DNA of 60,084 bases, the filler included, from Sanchytrium tribonematis (lineage: Eukaryota), in NCBI GenBank assembly GCA_018985235.1. It is 4 parts of 4 records of this genome, joined end to end, with 100 filler letters (N's around TTAATTAATTAA, not from the genome) between each part and the next. Parts side by side here need not be neighbours in the genome. Positions count along the whole stretch, not along the records: positions 1 to 15,021 come from JADGIG010000159.1; 3 more parts are not named here. The stretch is one strand, 5' to 3'. This document shows, piece after piece, positions 1-9,349 of this stretch (position 1 is the stretch's first letter; each line of letters opens with the position of its first letter). The notes below the pieces were generated by a model. The model did not search any database and had not been told where the DNA came from. It worked only from the letters and a program-made list of their open reading frames with translations. A program made the translations under genes and the position numbers.

Positions 1-652
1 TAAACTCTCCATCGCCAATTCTAGGCTGTCCATAAGTAAAAGAAATAATTTTTGGTGCGTTGAACAATTTTATACTAAAATCGACAGCAGCTAAAGCAGC
101 GAGTGCGGCGCCCATACTATGCCCAACAGTGACAATACCAAATTTTGGTAGAAACCATCTGAGTCTCTGTAAAATCGGAATTATGTCACTTCTAATGCTT
201 AGATACGTCTCGGTGAAACCTTTGTGAATTTTACCTCCATTATCAATAGATTGCGGCCAAGATAGAGCAGTAGATGTATTCAAAAAATCTGTCTTCAAAT
301 CGTAATACCAGTTTTTTGCAGAAATAGTACCACGAAACCCAACTACAATTGATTTGTGTAAATAATCCACGGCTACATAAGCTCTTCCCTCTGTAGTTTC
401 GTTGTAGAATTCTTTGACAAATTGTGCTTGCTCTGTAAACTCGTTTTGACATGGGTCACAGGTCCAATTCAACAATTTTTCCTCGCAATATGCCGCATGT
501 GCGAAACTTGTAAAGCCCTTAAAAATATCAATTACCTTTTGAGGCACTTTAGTTACCTTATCACCATCATTCTTTTTCATTAAATTAAATTGGTGATCCT
601 TAAACATTCCTAAATGGTCACTCGCGGCCAAAACAAGAACAAAAGCTAACAT
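1..652 (-). CDS. Secreted class 3 lipase (Lipase_3), 3'-truncated by window edge; missing from the ORF track
   Basis: Manual translation from ATG at 652: MLAFVLVLAA..., AHAAYC, IVVGFRGT, GKIHKGF, nucleophile elbow VGHSMGAALA (GHSMG at 110-124), TYGQPRIG. Confidence 0.9.
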   Translation of the reverse strand, partial: MLAFVLVLAASDHLGMFKDHQFNLMKKNDGDKVTKVPQKVIDIFKGFTSFAHAAYCEEKLLNWTCDPCQNEFTEQAQFVKEFYNETTEGRAYVAVDYLHKSIVVGFRGTISAKNWYYDLKTDFLNTSTALSWPQSIDNGGKIHKGFTETYLSIRSDIIPILQRLRWFLPKFGIVTVGHSMGAALAALAAVDFSIKLFNAPKIISFTYGQPRIGDGEF

Positions 653-688
653 CTTTTTGTTTCAAAAATAATTTCAAACTGCTAAAAA

Positions 689-1786
689 TTATTTATTATC
701 ATGATGCATATATTTGTTAATCTTATCCTTCACTTTTCCTAATATACCTTTGTCGTCGCCAGAATCTTCATTTTTTTCAGCCGCTGAGGAACTAAAAATT
801 TCTTGTAATTTGTTTCGTTCAGCATTGGGAATATTCATGTCTAAAGACACGATATATTGGATGTCATTGGATATTAATTTGTCCCCAGAGTTCGTGGAGG
901 GTTTTATTTTAACCTTTACAGATCCATATAATCCTGGAGCTTTTAATTCTCCGCCTAACAAAGCTTTAATTATGGGAACTTTAATATTACATTGCACTGC
1001 ACCCGAGGGAGACTGTGAAAATACAGGGTGTTTAGAAACCTTGGCGTAAAAATTTATGCTTGCGCCCTGATGATAGATACTAATTTTGTCACCTGTTTTA
1101 GTATTTCGAGGGACTCGAAGATTCAGCTTTGTTTTCTGGTTTTTAAATCCACTTCCTCCGCAAGAAGAGCAAGGTTGCAGGGATTGCCCAGCTCCACCAC
1201 AAGAAGGACATGTCATGGAGACTCTCATGCCCTGAATTACTCTTTCTAATGTTCCTCTTCCATTACAAACTTTGCATTGACTTGCTTTCGTATGTCCTTT
1301 CCCAGAGCATGTATTACAATCGTTCGGAAACATTACAGATACGGATTGATTGCTTCCCAAGACAGCATCCATAAAATCCAAATTTAAACTGATGTCATAT
1401 GAATTTGGGCGAGGCTGGGGTCTCTCAAAACCTTGAGTAAATTCCTGAAATTGAAATCCACCAAATGTTCCATCACCGCCAAATGGATTGCTTGAAAACC
1501 CACCAAAATTACTAAATGGATTAAATCCACCAGATCCAAATGGGTGCGCGCCAGACTGATAAGATGATTGCTCAGGCTGTTCCTTTCCAGTCAATATGTC
1601 GTAAGCTTTCTGCACTTCTTGAAACTTTTCTTTGTTGTCTTTATTGAAATCCGGATGATATTTTTTGGCTAATTTTCGGTATGCGCGTTTAACTTCGTCT
1701 TGACCAGCATTTTTAGATACTCCTAGAACTTGATGCGCATCGAAATGTAAGACTCTGTTAATAAAGAAGATTTTTCGAGTAAGCAT
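689..1786 (-). CDS. MDJ1: Type I DnaJ/Hsp40, probably mitochondrial (Mdj1-like)
   Basis: J domain with HPD, G/F-rich region, four CxxCxGxG repeats, C-terminal domain. The likely start ATG at 1786 gives a basic presequence-like MLTRKIFFINRVLHF. Confidence 0.85.
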   Translation of the reverse strand: MLTRKIFFINRVLHFDAHQVLGVSKNAGQDEVKRAYRKLAKKYHPDFNKDNKEKFQEVQKAYDILTGKEQPEQSSYQSGAHPFGSGGFNPFSNFGGFSSNPFGGDGTFGGFQFQEFTQGFERPQPRPNSYDISLNLDFMDAVLGSNQSVSVMFPNDCNTCSGKGHTKASQCKVCNGRGTLERVIQGMRVSMTCPSCGGAGQSLQPCSSCGGSGFKNQKTKLNLRVPRNTKTGDKISIYHQGASINFYAKVSKHPVFSQSPSGAVQCNIKVPIIKALLGGELKAPGLYGSVKVKIKPSTNSGDKLISNDIQYIVSLDMNIPNAERNKLQEIFSSSAAEKNEDSGDDKGILGKVKDKINKYMHHDNK

Positions 1787-1838
1787 ATTTTCAAAATGTA
1801 GGAGTGTTTTAAAGAATTGTTGAAATACTCCAAATTTA

Positions 1839-3683
1839 TTAAAAAGCCAAAGAAGTATTCCATTGGATTCCATAGCTAATGATCAAGTCTGATATAGCTG
1901 TTGTAGCAGCCAACGCAGCAAAGTTGAATGGTTGAGAAAGCACAGAAAGAGTTAAAAATTGACTTGAAATTCTTAACAGATCTACTGAAGTATGCAGTCC
2001 AAGCATCAATTTTTTTTGCTTGTACTTTTGTGGTAGACTTTCAATAGTTCGGCGATCAATTTTTTGAAATCTGAAAACTGTGAATGGCACTTTGTAAACC
2101 GTTAGTTGCAAAAATTGTCCCACAACATTCGGGTATAGTACTAAAGGATTAGGGATAAAGCTGAGAAAAGAGTTGAAAAGTCTCGCAACATGTAGCCTGA
2201 TGTCTGGGACAGAAAATGTTGGCTTAAATAGCTGATGTGGCGCTGATAGCATCGCGATGATAAAAGACGGCGAATTCCAAAGAGGGTTAAGCCAATTAAC
2301 AACCGGTATAGATTTTATAACAGAAAATGGAATCTGGTATGTAAATCCGAATGATACTAGTAATCTCTCAGCCCAATGTAATTTCAATAAAACCGGCTTG
2401 TCAAGAAATTGCAACTTTTCAAACTTTTTAATGGAAACAATCATATTAACATCCTCATCACTGAATTTAATAGTATATTTGTCAAAATACAGATTAATTT
2501 TTGCCGCAGCAGGAATCAAAAAGAAATCTATAATTCTTAATTGGTCGTTGAGCCTATTGCCCAGCCAAGATGATACCCCGGGTATGATTAATGGTAGTTC
2601 AATAATAGAATATTGAATTTTAGCTAAAAAATCTGCGAATGGCCTTAAAATACTCGTGATGAGATTAAATAATGCGCCTGTGATTTTTTTGACAAGTTTC
2701 CAAACAATTTTTACAATGCCCAGAACGCTAGATACAAGTTGGGAAAGATCCCCTTTAACGTTGTTAAACTGGTCCAAGACACTAAATTCAGCTGTGCTTA
2801 AATGAGCCTGTAATTGCTTATTCGCTACAACGTCCTTCAGCTTGATAGTAAAACTATCATGTGCTTTAATTAGATCAGCAGCACTTTGAGAATGCACTCT
2901 ATCTATGTTCTCTACGAATGTACCTAACAGAACATTTCTACTTGAGGAAGTAGTGATTGTGTTAATGTGATCTGAATGATCCACTAGAGTGGTATTGAAA
3001 TCAAATTGTAAGTCTTGCGTGAATGTAATATTCTTGATTTGTCGGAGACTAAAATCAAACACTAGATTCAAGTAGTGCCATAATATTTTCCTATTATTAA
3101 TGAGAGTCCCGAAATCAAAGGCTTGTCGAATTTGTTTTATAAGATTTAGAATTGATTTGGAGAGGGATTGAAAGAGCTTCTTAATCCAATCCCATAAGCC
3201 CTTGATTTTATCAGATATAGAGCTAGCTTCAATGCTTGGAAAATCTTCTATATCAATTGGAATACTTTCTCCAGCCTTTATATTGTATGTGTATCCAGCC
3301 ACTTGGGCCAACTTATACTCTTCAGATCCATGTTGGGCTTTGTTTTTGTTTTCGTAAAGAGCAAAGTGCGCTGCTGTATCTAGATGCAATTGCTTAGTTC
3401 CATTTTTATACTTAATAGTTATTACTTCTAAATAAATGTCGTTGTCATCCAAAATTGGATATCTCAAATAAATCTCGCCCAACTTGTTCGCTGTTAAGTT
3501 GCTTACAAGTACTATTTCATCCTTGATAATCAATTTTGTTGGAGTAATAAAAATAATATCGAATGGTTCAACTGTAAGTTGAGTGTAATGAATTGTCACA
3601 TCTTGATTTTGTAAAACATATTGGTGCGTTTTTTGGTAAATATCGAACGAAAACGATATTGAGAGTAACAAATATACTAACAT
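1839..3683 (-). CDS. Hypothetical secreted/membrane-associated protein, 614 aa
   Basis: Long ORF with short hydrophobic N-terminus (MLVYLLLSISFS), amphipathic helices and a hydrophobic C-terminal third; no family recognised. Confidence 0.7.
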   Translation of the reverse strand: MLVYLLLSISFSFDIYQKTHQYVLQNQDVTIHYTQLTVEPFDIIFITPTKLIIKDEIVLVSNLTANKLGEIYLRYPILDDNDIYLEVITIKYKNGTKQLHLDTAAHFALYENKNKAQHGSEEYKLAQVAGYTYNIKAGESIPIDIEDFPSIEASSISDKIKGLWDWIKKLFQSLSKSILNLIKQIRQAFDFGTLINNRKILWHYLNLVFDFSLRQIKNITFTQDLQFDFNTTLVDHSDHINTITTSSSRNVLLGTFVENIDRVHSQSAADLIKAHDSFTIKLKDVVANKQLQAHLSTAEFSVLDQFNNVKGDLSQLVSSVLGIVKIVWKLVKKITGALFNLITSILRPFADFLAKIQYSIIELPLIIPGVSSWLGNRLNDQLRIIDFFLIPAAAKINLYFDKYTIKFSDEDVNMIVSIKKFEKLQFLDKPVLLKLHWAERLLVSFGFTYQIPFSVIKSIPVVNWLNPLWNSPSFIIAMLSAPHQLFKPTFSVPDIRLHVARLFNSFLSFIPNPLVLYPNVVGQFLQLTVYKVPFTVFRFQKIDRRTIESLPQKYKQKKLMLGLHTSVDLLRISSQFLTLSVLSQPFNFAALAATTAISDLIISYGIQWNTSLAF

Positions 3684-3901
3684 AAAGAGATTGGCGCAGG
3701 TAAGTTATAAGTTTTGCCAAAGCCATTCATTAACGAAGTCACATGTCAAATGAACCACACACTCATTTTTTGTCATATTCTGCAACCAGCTATAGATCTT
3801 GATTAGAAATAGATATAGCCTTGATTTTCAGACCGTTTAAGTTGAAATGCAATTTTTACTTTTAATTGACGGAGTCATCTGGAAACTTTGATCTACCCTA
3901 T

Positions 3902-4588
3902 ATGGATGAATTTTTTGATCAAGAAATAGAACAAATCCAACAAGAGGTGGTGTTCTACCTGACGAATTTCGGTCATAAAACTAGGCAAATATCGAAAAAG
4001 CAATCTGATAGTTCAGGAGCTATACGTTCTGCATATCAAAGAGTCAAGTTGATAAAAACGGGCGAGACAATTGGCTCTGTAGAGGAAAATGAAACCATCG
4101 CGAATGTCTTGGTAAAATATCAAGAGATTATGGGCATGCAAGATGAGCAAATTGAGTCTGTAGTTCAACTGAAAGATATTTTAAAAAAGTCAATTGCTAA
4201 ATTTGGAACTTTTGACGAACCGCAACAAGAGTCTCTCTATTGCTACTGTGGCAAAGGTACTGCTGAAACTAACATGATTTGTTGTGAATATACAAATTGT
4301 GTTATAAAATGGTACCATATGGAATGTGTTGGTTGCTCAGAAGAAGATGCAAGACCGGAAAAAAATTGGGTTTGCCAAAGGTGTTTATTTGAAGAACTCC
4401 AAAATACTTATAAAGTGGAAATGGAGAATCAGAAAGCAATCAACAATAGTACAGTAGACGCTAGTAGAGACTTTACTATGAGTCAGCTTGACGATGTCTC
4501 CAAATTTACAGAAGAAGAACCTCAACAGCTAATACCAAAGAAACGCAGAATTGTTGATAGTGAGGCAGAAGATACCATTTCAAAATAG
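3902..4588 (+). CDS. ING-like PHD finger protein
   Basis: YCYC...MICCE..NC..KWYHMECVG...WVCQRC PHD finger after a helical N-terminal region; first ATG at 3902. Confidence 0.8.
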   Translation: MDEFFDQEIEQIQQEVVFYLTNFGHKTRQISKKQSDSSGAIRSAYQRVKLIKTGETIGSVEENETIANVLVKYQEIMGMQDEQIESVVQLKDILKKSIAKFGTFDEPQQESLYCYCGKGTAETNMICCEYTNCVIKWYHMECVGCSEEDARPEKNWVCQRCLFEELQNTYKVEMENQKAINNSTVDASRDFTMSQLDDVSKFTEEEPQQLIPKKRRIVDSEAEDTISK

Positions 4589-4605
4589 AAAGTCAATAAA
4601 ATTGT

Positions 4606-6132
4606 TTATTTGTATTTGTCAATGTTTTCAACAATTTTTGTTATATTAGAATGGATCTCCTGTTTAATTGTACCACCAGAAACGATTTTGATCACATCTC
4701 TCAAAAAGTGAGGATGGTGAAGTAGCTCAACATGAGAAGAGGAGTAATCTTTGATACTTTGATATTCCTTAGTTACAACATTTACATTTGACGGATTGTG
4801 TTTTATATTTTTCCAAGTTGATATACAAGGGTATGCTAAGCTATTAAGCGGAACAGTCTCATCACCATAAGCAGTATTAGAGCCATCGAGGTATCCCATT
4901 TTCTTGGTCTTGGTCTCAATGTCATATCTTTTGCCAGAAGCAGTTTTTGTCATGGAATAGCTGTAGTCTGTTTTGATGTCATATCCATAAGTGCAATATA
5001 TAGTATAATTTCCAATAGGTAGTTTTGTAGACAAAGGGTTAGGCCAACTAGTTTCGTTATTAGATAAACTTTCTCCCTTAAGGTCTAATGACCGAGCGAA
5101 CTTTTGCATGTATGGATCTAAAAAGTCAAGGAATCGACCCTGTAAATCGTCAGCAGTAATAGCATCAACGGGAAAGCCATCTTCAAATAGTGTCATTAAT
5201 TGCCCACCAGCTTCTTCTTGAAATTTGGTGTAAGGGCTCTCTTTCATTGGATTGAAAGTCTTATTCCCCCAAATCTTGTTCCCACCCATTGGAAATACCT
5301 GATAGTAACAACGCAAATGGCTCATTACAACTTGACGATTATCGACATCCATGACATTATCCATCCACATTTTCATTATATTGGACGACGTTTCCTTAAC
5401 ATAGCCACTAACAACAGCAGAAACCGCTCGAATATTACCTAAAAAAGGAGTTCCGTTTGACACCCAAGCGTGAATGTTCCGTTCCATCCAAAGAGGATCA
5501 TTTTGCGTCACCCACTGCATAAAGTATAAATTGATGTTCCCACCCATTGAGTGGGATATCACCACTGCTTTTTCTTTTGTTTTACGCACCATATTTTCTA
5601 TTTCAAACTTCATCTTCGTAAAAGTAGAGTCGCGTTCCTCCATTCTTTTAAACGATAGTCGCCAGTCAAATGGTATTAGTCCCATAGTGTTCGGATCATA
5701 ACCAATAGTGGCTAAGTTTGCAATCAAGTGAGCCCAGACCGCATAACCACCAACAAAATAATCAATACTCTCATAGCTAGAACCAGCTCTAATTTTGTAT
5801 CCTTTAGGAGCATCAGTTTCATTTTCATCTAAATCCAGAAAATCTAAAACGCATTGTCCGTTCATGATCCATTTTAAAACGCCTGAAAATTTGCTCCAGA
5901 TTGGTGTTCGAAAATATCTACCAGATTTCGTTTCACAGGAATTCTTAATGATACTCCAAGAGTCTAATTGCGATGTGAGCATCCCTGGGATTAATAACAC
6001 GGGATGTTTTGGCTTCTCTTTCATCTCGATTGCTGGATAAAATGTAGAGGAATGTGGTCTACCCATCCCGACAGTAAACCAGTGGTCCAAATTGGATAAA
6101 AATCCACAGATTACTAGGTATAAAATTAACAT
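4606..6132 (-). CDS. LRO1: LCAT/PDAT-family acyltransferase (Lro1-like)
   Basis: HPVLLIPG, YFVGGYAVW, FDWRLS, SHSMG nucleophile, GDETVP, SHVELL; likely start ATG at 6132 (MLILYLVICG). Confidence 0.85.
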   Translation of the reverse strand: MLILYLVICGFLSNLDHWFTVGMGRPHSSTFYPAIEMKEKPKHPVLLIPGMLTSQLDSWSIIKNSCETKSGRYFRTPIWSKFSGVLKWIMNGQCVLDFLDLDENETDAPKGYKIRAGSSYESIDYFVGGYAVWAHLIANLATIGYDPNTMGLIPFDWRLSFKRMEERDSTFTKMKFEIENMVRKTKEKAVVISHSMGGNINLYFMQWVTQNDPLWMERNIHAWVSNGTPFLGNIRAVSAVVSGYVKETSSNIMKMWMDNVMDVDNRQVVMSHLRCYYQVFPMGGNKIWGNKTFNPMKESPYTKFQEEAGGQLMTLFEDGFPVDAITADDLQGRFLDFLDPYMQKFARSLDLKGESLSNNETSWPNPLSTKLPIGNYTIYCTYGYDIKTDYSYSMTKTASGKRYDIETKTKKMGYLDGSNTAYGDETVPLNSLAYPCISTWKNIKHNPSNVNVVTKEYQSIKDYSSSHVELLHHPHFLRDVIKIVSGGTIKQEIHSNITKIVENIDKYK

Positions 6133-6472
6133 TGTTTTGATTGAACACTCCTGTGGAAAAATGACCACATCTTTGGATAATGACTTGATAGGAGAAGTTA
6201 CACAATATATTACAAATTGTCGCCTAATATATTTGCCATTTACGTAAATTCCAGCCAAATCCAACTTGAAGATTATTCACATGATAGTACTGTTTTTTAA
6301 TCCAAAAATGTACAAGTTTCTCAAGAGATACTTTTCATGAATCAAGAGTATTAAAAAAATATAAAATTTATAATGGAGATTTTTGATTTGTATTCTACCA
6401 AAGTTAAAATAAAAGTGGTAAAACGTGCTTACATAATTAATCGTAAGCTGCTGTTATTGGAAGTCTCTGGTT

Positions 6473-6847
6473 ATGTTGTTTGAAACAAAGCTTATGATCT
6501 CAATAAAAGGCGGTTTTAACCAATTCCTTCTTAGATCGCTTCAGCGAAATGGAAGCAAATATACTTTCAATCCAAATAATGATCACAAAAACGTCTACGA
6601 CACACTACACGGTGGAGTCACTGCCAGCTTAGTAGACATCACGACATCTTTGGCTATATATGATATTCAAAAACACCATGGCGTGAGTCTTGATCTTAGT
6701 GTGCAGTTTTTAAGGCCAGTAAAGGGTCCTATTACACTGGAACCAGTTGTGGAAAAACTTGGGAAAAGTATAGCGTTTACAAGCTGCCATATTTATGATG
6801 ATAGCCATACTCTTGTGGCAGTCGGCAGACACATAAAAAAGATATAA
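6473..6847 (+). CDS. Hotdog-fold PaaI/ACOT13-type acyl-CoA thioesterase
   Basis: N..xTLHGGVTASLVD motif, GVSLDLSVQFLRP, KLGKSIAF. Confidence 0.88.
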   Translation: MLFETKLMISIKGGFNQFLLRSLQRNGSKYTFNPNNDHKNVYDTLHGGVTASLVDITTSLAIYDIQKHHGVSLDLSVQFLRPVKGPITLEPVVEKLGKSIAFTSCHIYDDSHTLVAVGRHIKKI

Positions 6848-6960
6848 TAATAAAAAGATACGGTAATTGGATATACTTTCTGATTTAACGATGTTTTTGG
6901 AGCACGTGTATTCAGACGTATTCGTATAAAGACGACTTCTTTCCATTTTTAAAATCTTAA

Positions 6961-7257
6961 ATGAACATCGCATCACTGCTTAATCCGGTTCATATAGAAA
7001 ATGAAGCGAAGTGTCCAACTTGTCACAAAGTTTTTTCCAATCGACATGCTAGGGAAAGACATGAATCGACAGTTCACACTAAACCATTACTTTGCCCTTA
7101 TTGCAGCAGAAAAGTCAAATTTAGAGGAAGACCAGATTTACTCAAGCAACATTTGATAAGATGTGCAAGATATTCCCCAAATATAACAGATACAACAGTT
7201 TGGGAGCGAGAAGTTAGAGATCTTTACAACACTATAATGATAAAAGACAAATTTTGA
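6961..7257 (+). CDS. Small two-finger C2H2/C2HC zinc-finger protein
   Basis: CPTC..F.....RHESTVH and CPYC....LKQHLIRC; N-terminal MNIASLLNP motif. Confidence 0.8.
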   Translation: MNIASLLNPVHIENEAKCPTCHKVFSNRHARERHESTVHTKPLLCPYCSRKVKFRGRPDLLKQHLIRCARYSPNITDTTVWEREVRDLYNTIMIKDKF

Positions 7258-7387
7258 ATTTCGTCACAATAAAATGTATATAATTTTCGCATTCCTGAGA
7301 ATACTATCAGAGACCTAAAAATCTAAAATTTTGTCTGCTGTGTAAAATTAGGTCTGAGTAAGTTATTTAAGGAGATTTCTTCTAATA

Positions 7388-7495
7388 ATGAATATGGTTT
7401 TCGTAACTACTTTCCTCATTGCCGCGCTCCCAATGACACCGCCGCCTCCCATTGATAGGAGATTGGGTACACCTAAGAAAACAGGACTCGCTTAG
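7388..7495 (+). CDS. Candidate 35-aa secreted peptide (smORF)
   Basis: MNMVFVTTFLIAALPMTPPPPIDRRLGTPKKTGLA*; locally GC-rich; AATAAA just after the stop, as for neighbouring genes. Confidence 0.4.
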   Translation: MNMVFVTTFLIAALPMTPPPPIDRRLGTPKKTGLA

Positions 7496-7553
7496 GCTAT
7501 TAATAAAATCATACCAAATTTTATTTAAAATTAAGTTTTGTAGGTTGAAACAA

Positions 7554-8165
7554 ATGATTCTTCGTCGATCACATATTGGGAGAATGACAATACACCTAGA
7601 TCCTAAAATAAAACTGGACTTCGCTATGCCACAGGAAGAACCGAACTCAAATCCTAAAAAATTCTTCCCGGATAAACGTCCAAATTATGCAATTAATATC
7701 AAAGGTCCTTTGGGAGAAGTCAAATTAGACTTGTTTCCATTTATTCGACTGAAACACAATAATAATGAACTTCAAGTATCAATTGAGAATGCATCAAACA
7801 AAATAGAGAAATCTATGTGGGGAACAACTCGATCCCTAATTAATAATGCAATTATCGGGTGCTGTCAAGGGCATACTTCCATCGTGACACTGAAAGGCAT
7901 TGGGTACAGAGTTTCTTTAAAGGAGGAAAATGAGAAGAAATTTGTTGGAATTAAGGCTGGGTTTTCTCATGTGAAATATTTTGAAATCCCTTCAGATCTT
8001 AAGATTGAAGCATTTCAAACTGCGATCGTAATATCTGGAGTTGATAAACAAAGGGTAAAATTATTTGCTCATTGCCTAAGATCGGCGCATCCACCCGAAC
8101 CTTACAAAGGCAAGGGAATTTACGTGGATGACGAGACTGTTAAGCTTAAAGAGCGAAAAAAATAA
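7554..8165 (+). CDS. MRPL6: Mitochondrial ribosomal protein uL6m
   Basis: SHIG, IKGPLG, MWGTTRSLINN, GIGYR, PPEPYKGKGI; ATG at 7554. Confidence 0.92.
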   Translation: MILRRSHIGRMTIHLDPKIKLDFAMPQEEPNSNPKKFFPDKRPNYAINIKGPLGEVKLDLFPFIRLKHNNNELQVSIENASNKIEKSMWGTTRSLINNAIIGCCQGHTSIVTLKGIGYRVSLKEENEKKFVGIKAGFSHVKYFEIPSDLKIEAFQTAIVISGVDKQRVKLFAHCLRSAHPPEPYKGKGIYVDDETVKLKERKK

Positions 8166-8218
8166 ATGTAAAATTGAAATTCAACTATTGAAAAAAAATT
8201 AATTTTTGGGTCTGAAAC

Positions 8219-9323
8219 ATGGGGTGTGCTTCGAGTTCTGAAAATAAAGAAGGAAAAAGACAAAATGATGAAATTGAAAATCAAATTAAAAATGACAGAC
8301 TTAAAATGAGGTCTGAAGTTAAAATGTACGTGATTTATTCTAATTTAGGCTTTTACTTGGAGCTGGAGAATCAGGAAAATCAACTATTTTGAAGCAAATG
8401 CAATTGATCCACGGATCGGGCTATAGTAATGATGAGCGAGAAGCATTTAAAGAAATTATATTCAGCAATACAGTGCAAAGTATGCGTGTAATTTTAGATG
8501 CCATGGAATCCCTAGGTGTCTCTCTAGATAACGAAGGTAACAAAAAGCATAGAGAGACTGTGATGAATCAACCTTCTCAGATTGAGTCCGACCACTTCCC
8601 AAAAGACGTTTCTACAGCCGTCAAGGAATTATGGAATGATGCAGGTGTGAAAGAATGCTTTGGTAGATCTCGAGAATACCAATTAAACGATTCTTCACGA
8701 TATTATTTCGATGCTATTGATCGCATGACTGAGCCAAATTACTTGCCAACTGATCAAGATATTTTAAGATCGCGTGTTAAAACAACAGGAATTGTTGAAA
8801 CTACTTTTAAAATTGGCGACCTCACATACAGAATGTTTGACGTTGGTGGACAAAGAAGTGAGCGTAAGAAATGGATTCATTGTTTTGAAAATGTAACAGC
8901 GATCATTTTCATGGTTGCTATTTCTGAATATGACCAAGTTTTACTTGAAGATGAGACTGTCGTAATTTATTTTTTACTTAGAATCGTATGCAGGAAGCCT
9001 TGACTTTATTTGATTCAATTTGCAATTCAAGATGGTTTGTGAAAACATCAATCATTTTGTTTTTAAACAAAATTGATTTATTCAAGGAGAAAATCAAGAG
9101 ATCGCCTATTAGCAAATTTTTCCCAGACTACACTGGCGGGGAAGATTATGATGCGGCTTGCGAATACTTTTTGCATCGATTTGTTTCTTTGAATCAGTCT
9201 GATGTGAAACAAGTGTACACCCATTTCACTTGTGCAACAGATACCACGCAAATCAAATTTGTTATGGCTGCCGTTAATGATATTATTATTCAGACTAATT
9301 TGCGGGATGTCGGATTATTGTAA
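8219..9323 (+). CDS. Heterotrimeric G-protein alpha subunit (Gi-like/fungal group I), 3 exons, 353 aa
   Basis: MGCASS acylation motif, GAGESGKS, RVKTTG, DVGGQRSE, NKxD, TCAT. Exons 8219-8325, 8349-8961, 8982-9323; introns of 23 nt (8326-8348) and 20 nt (8962-8981) restore the frame. Confidence 0.95.
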
Positions 9324-9349
9324 AAGTAAATTGCAGGTTTATAAGTTTA

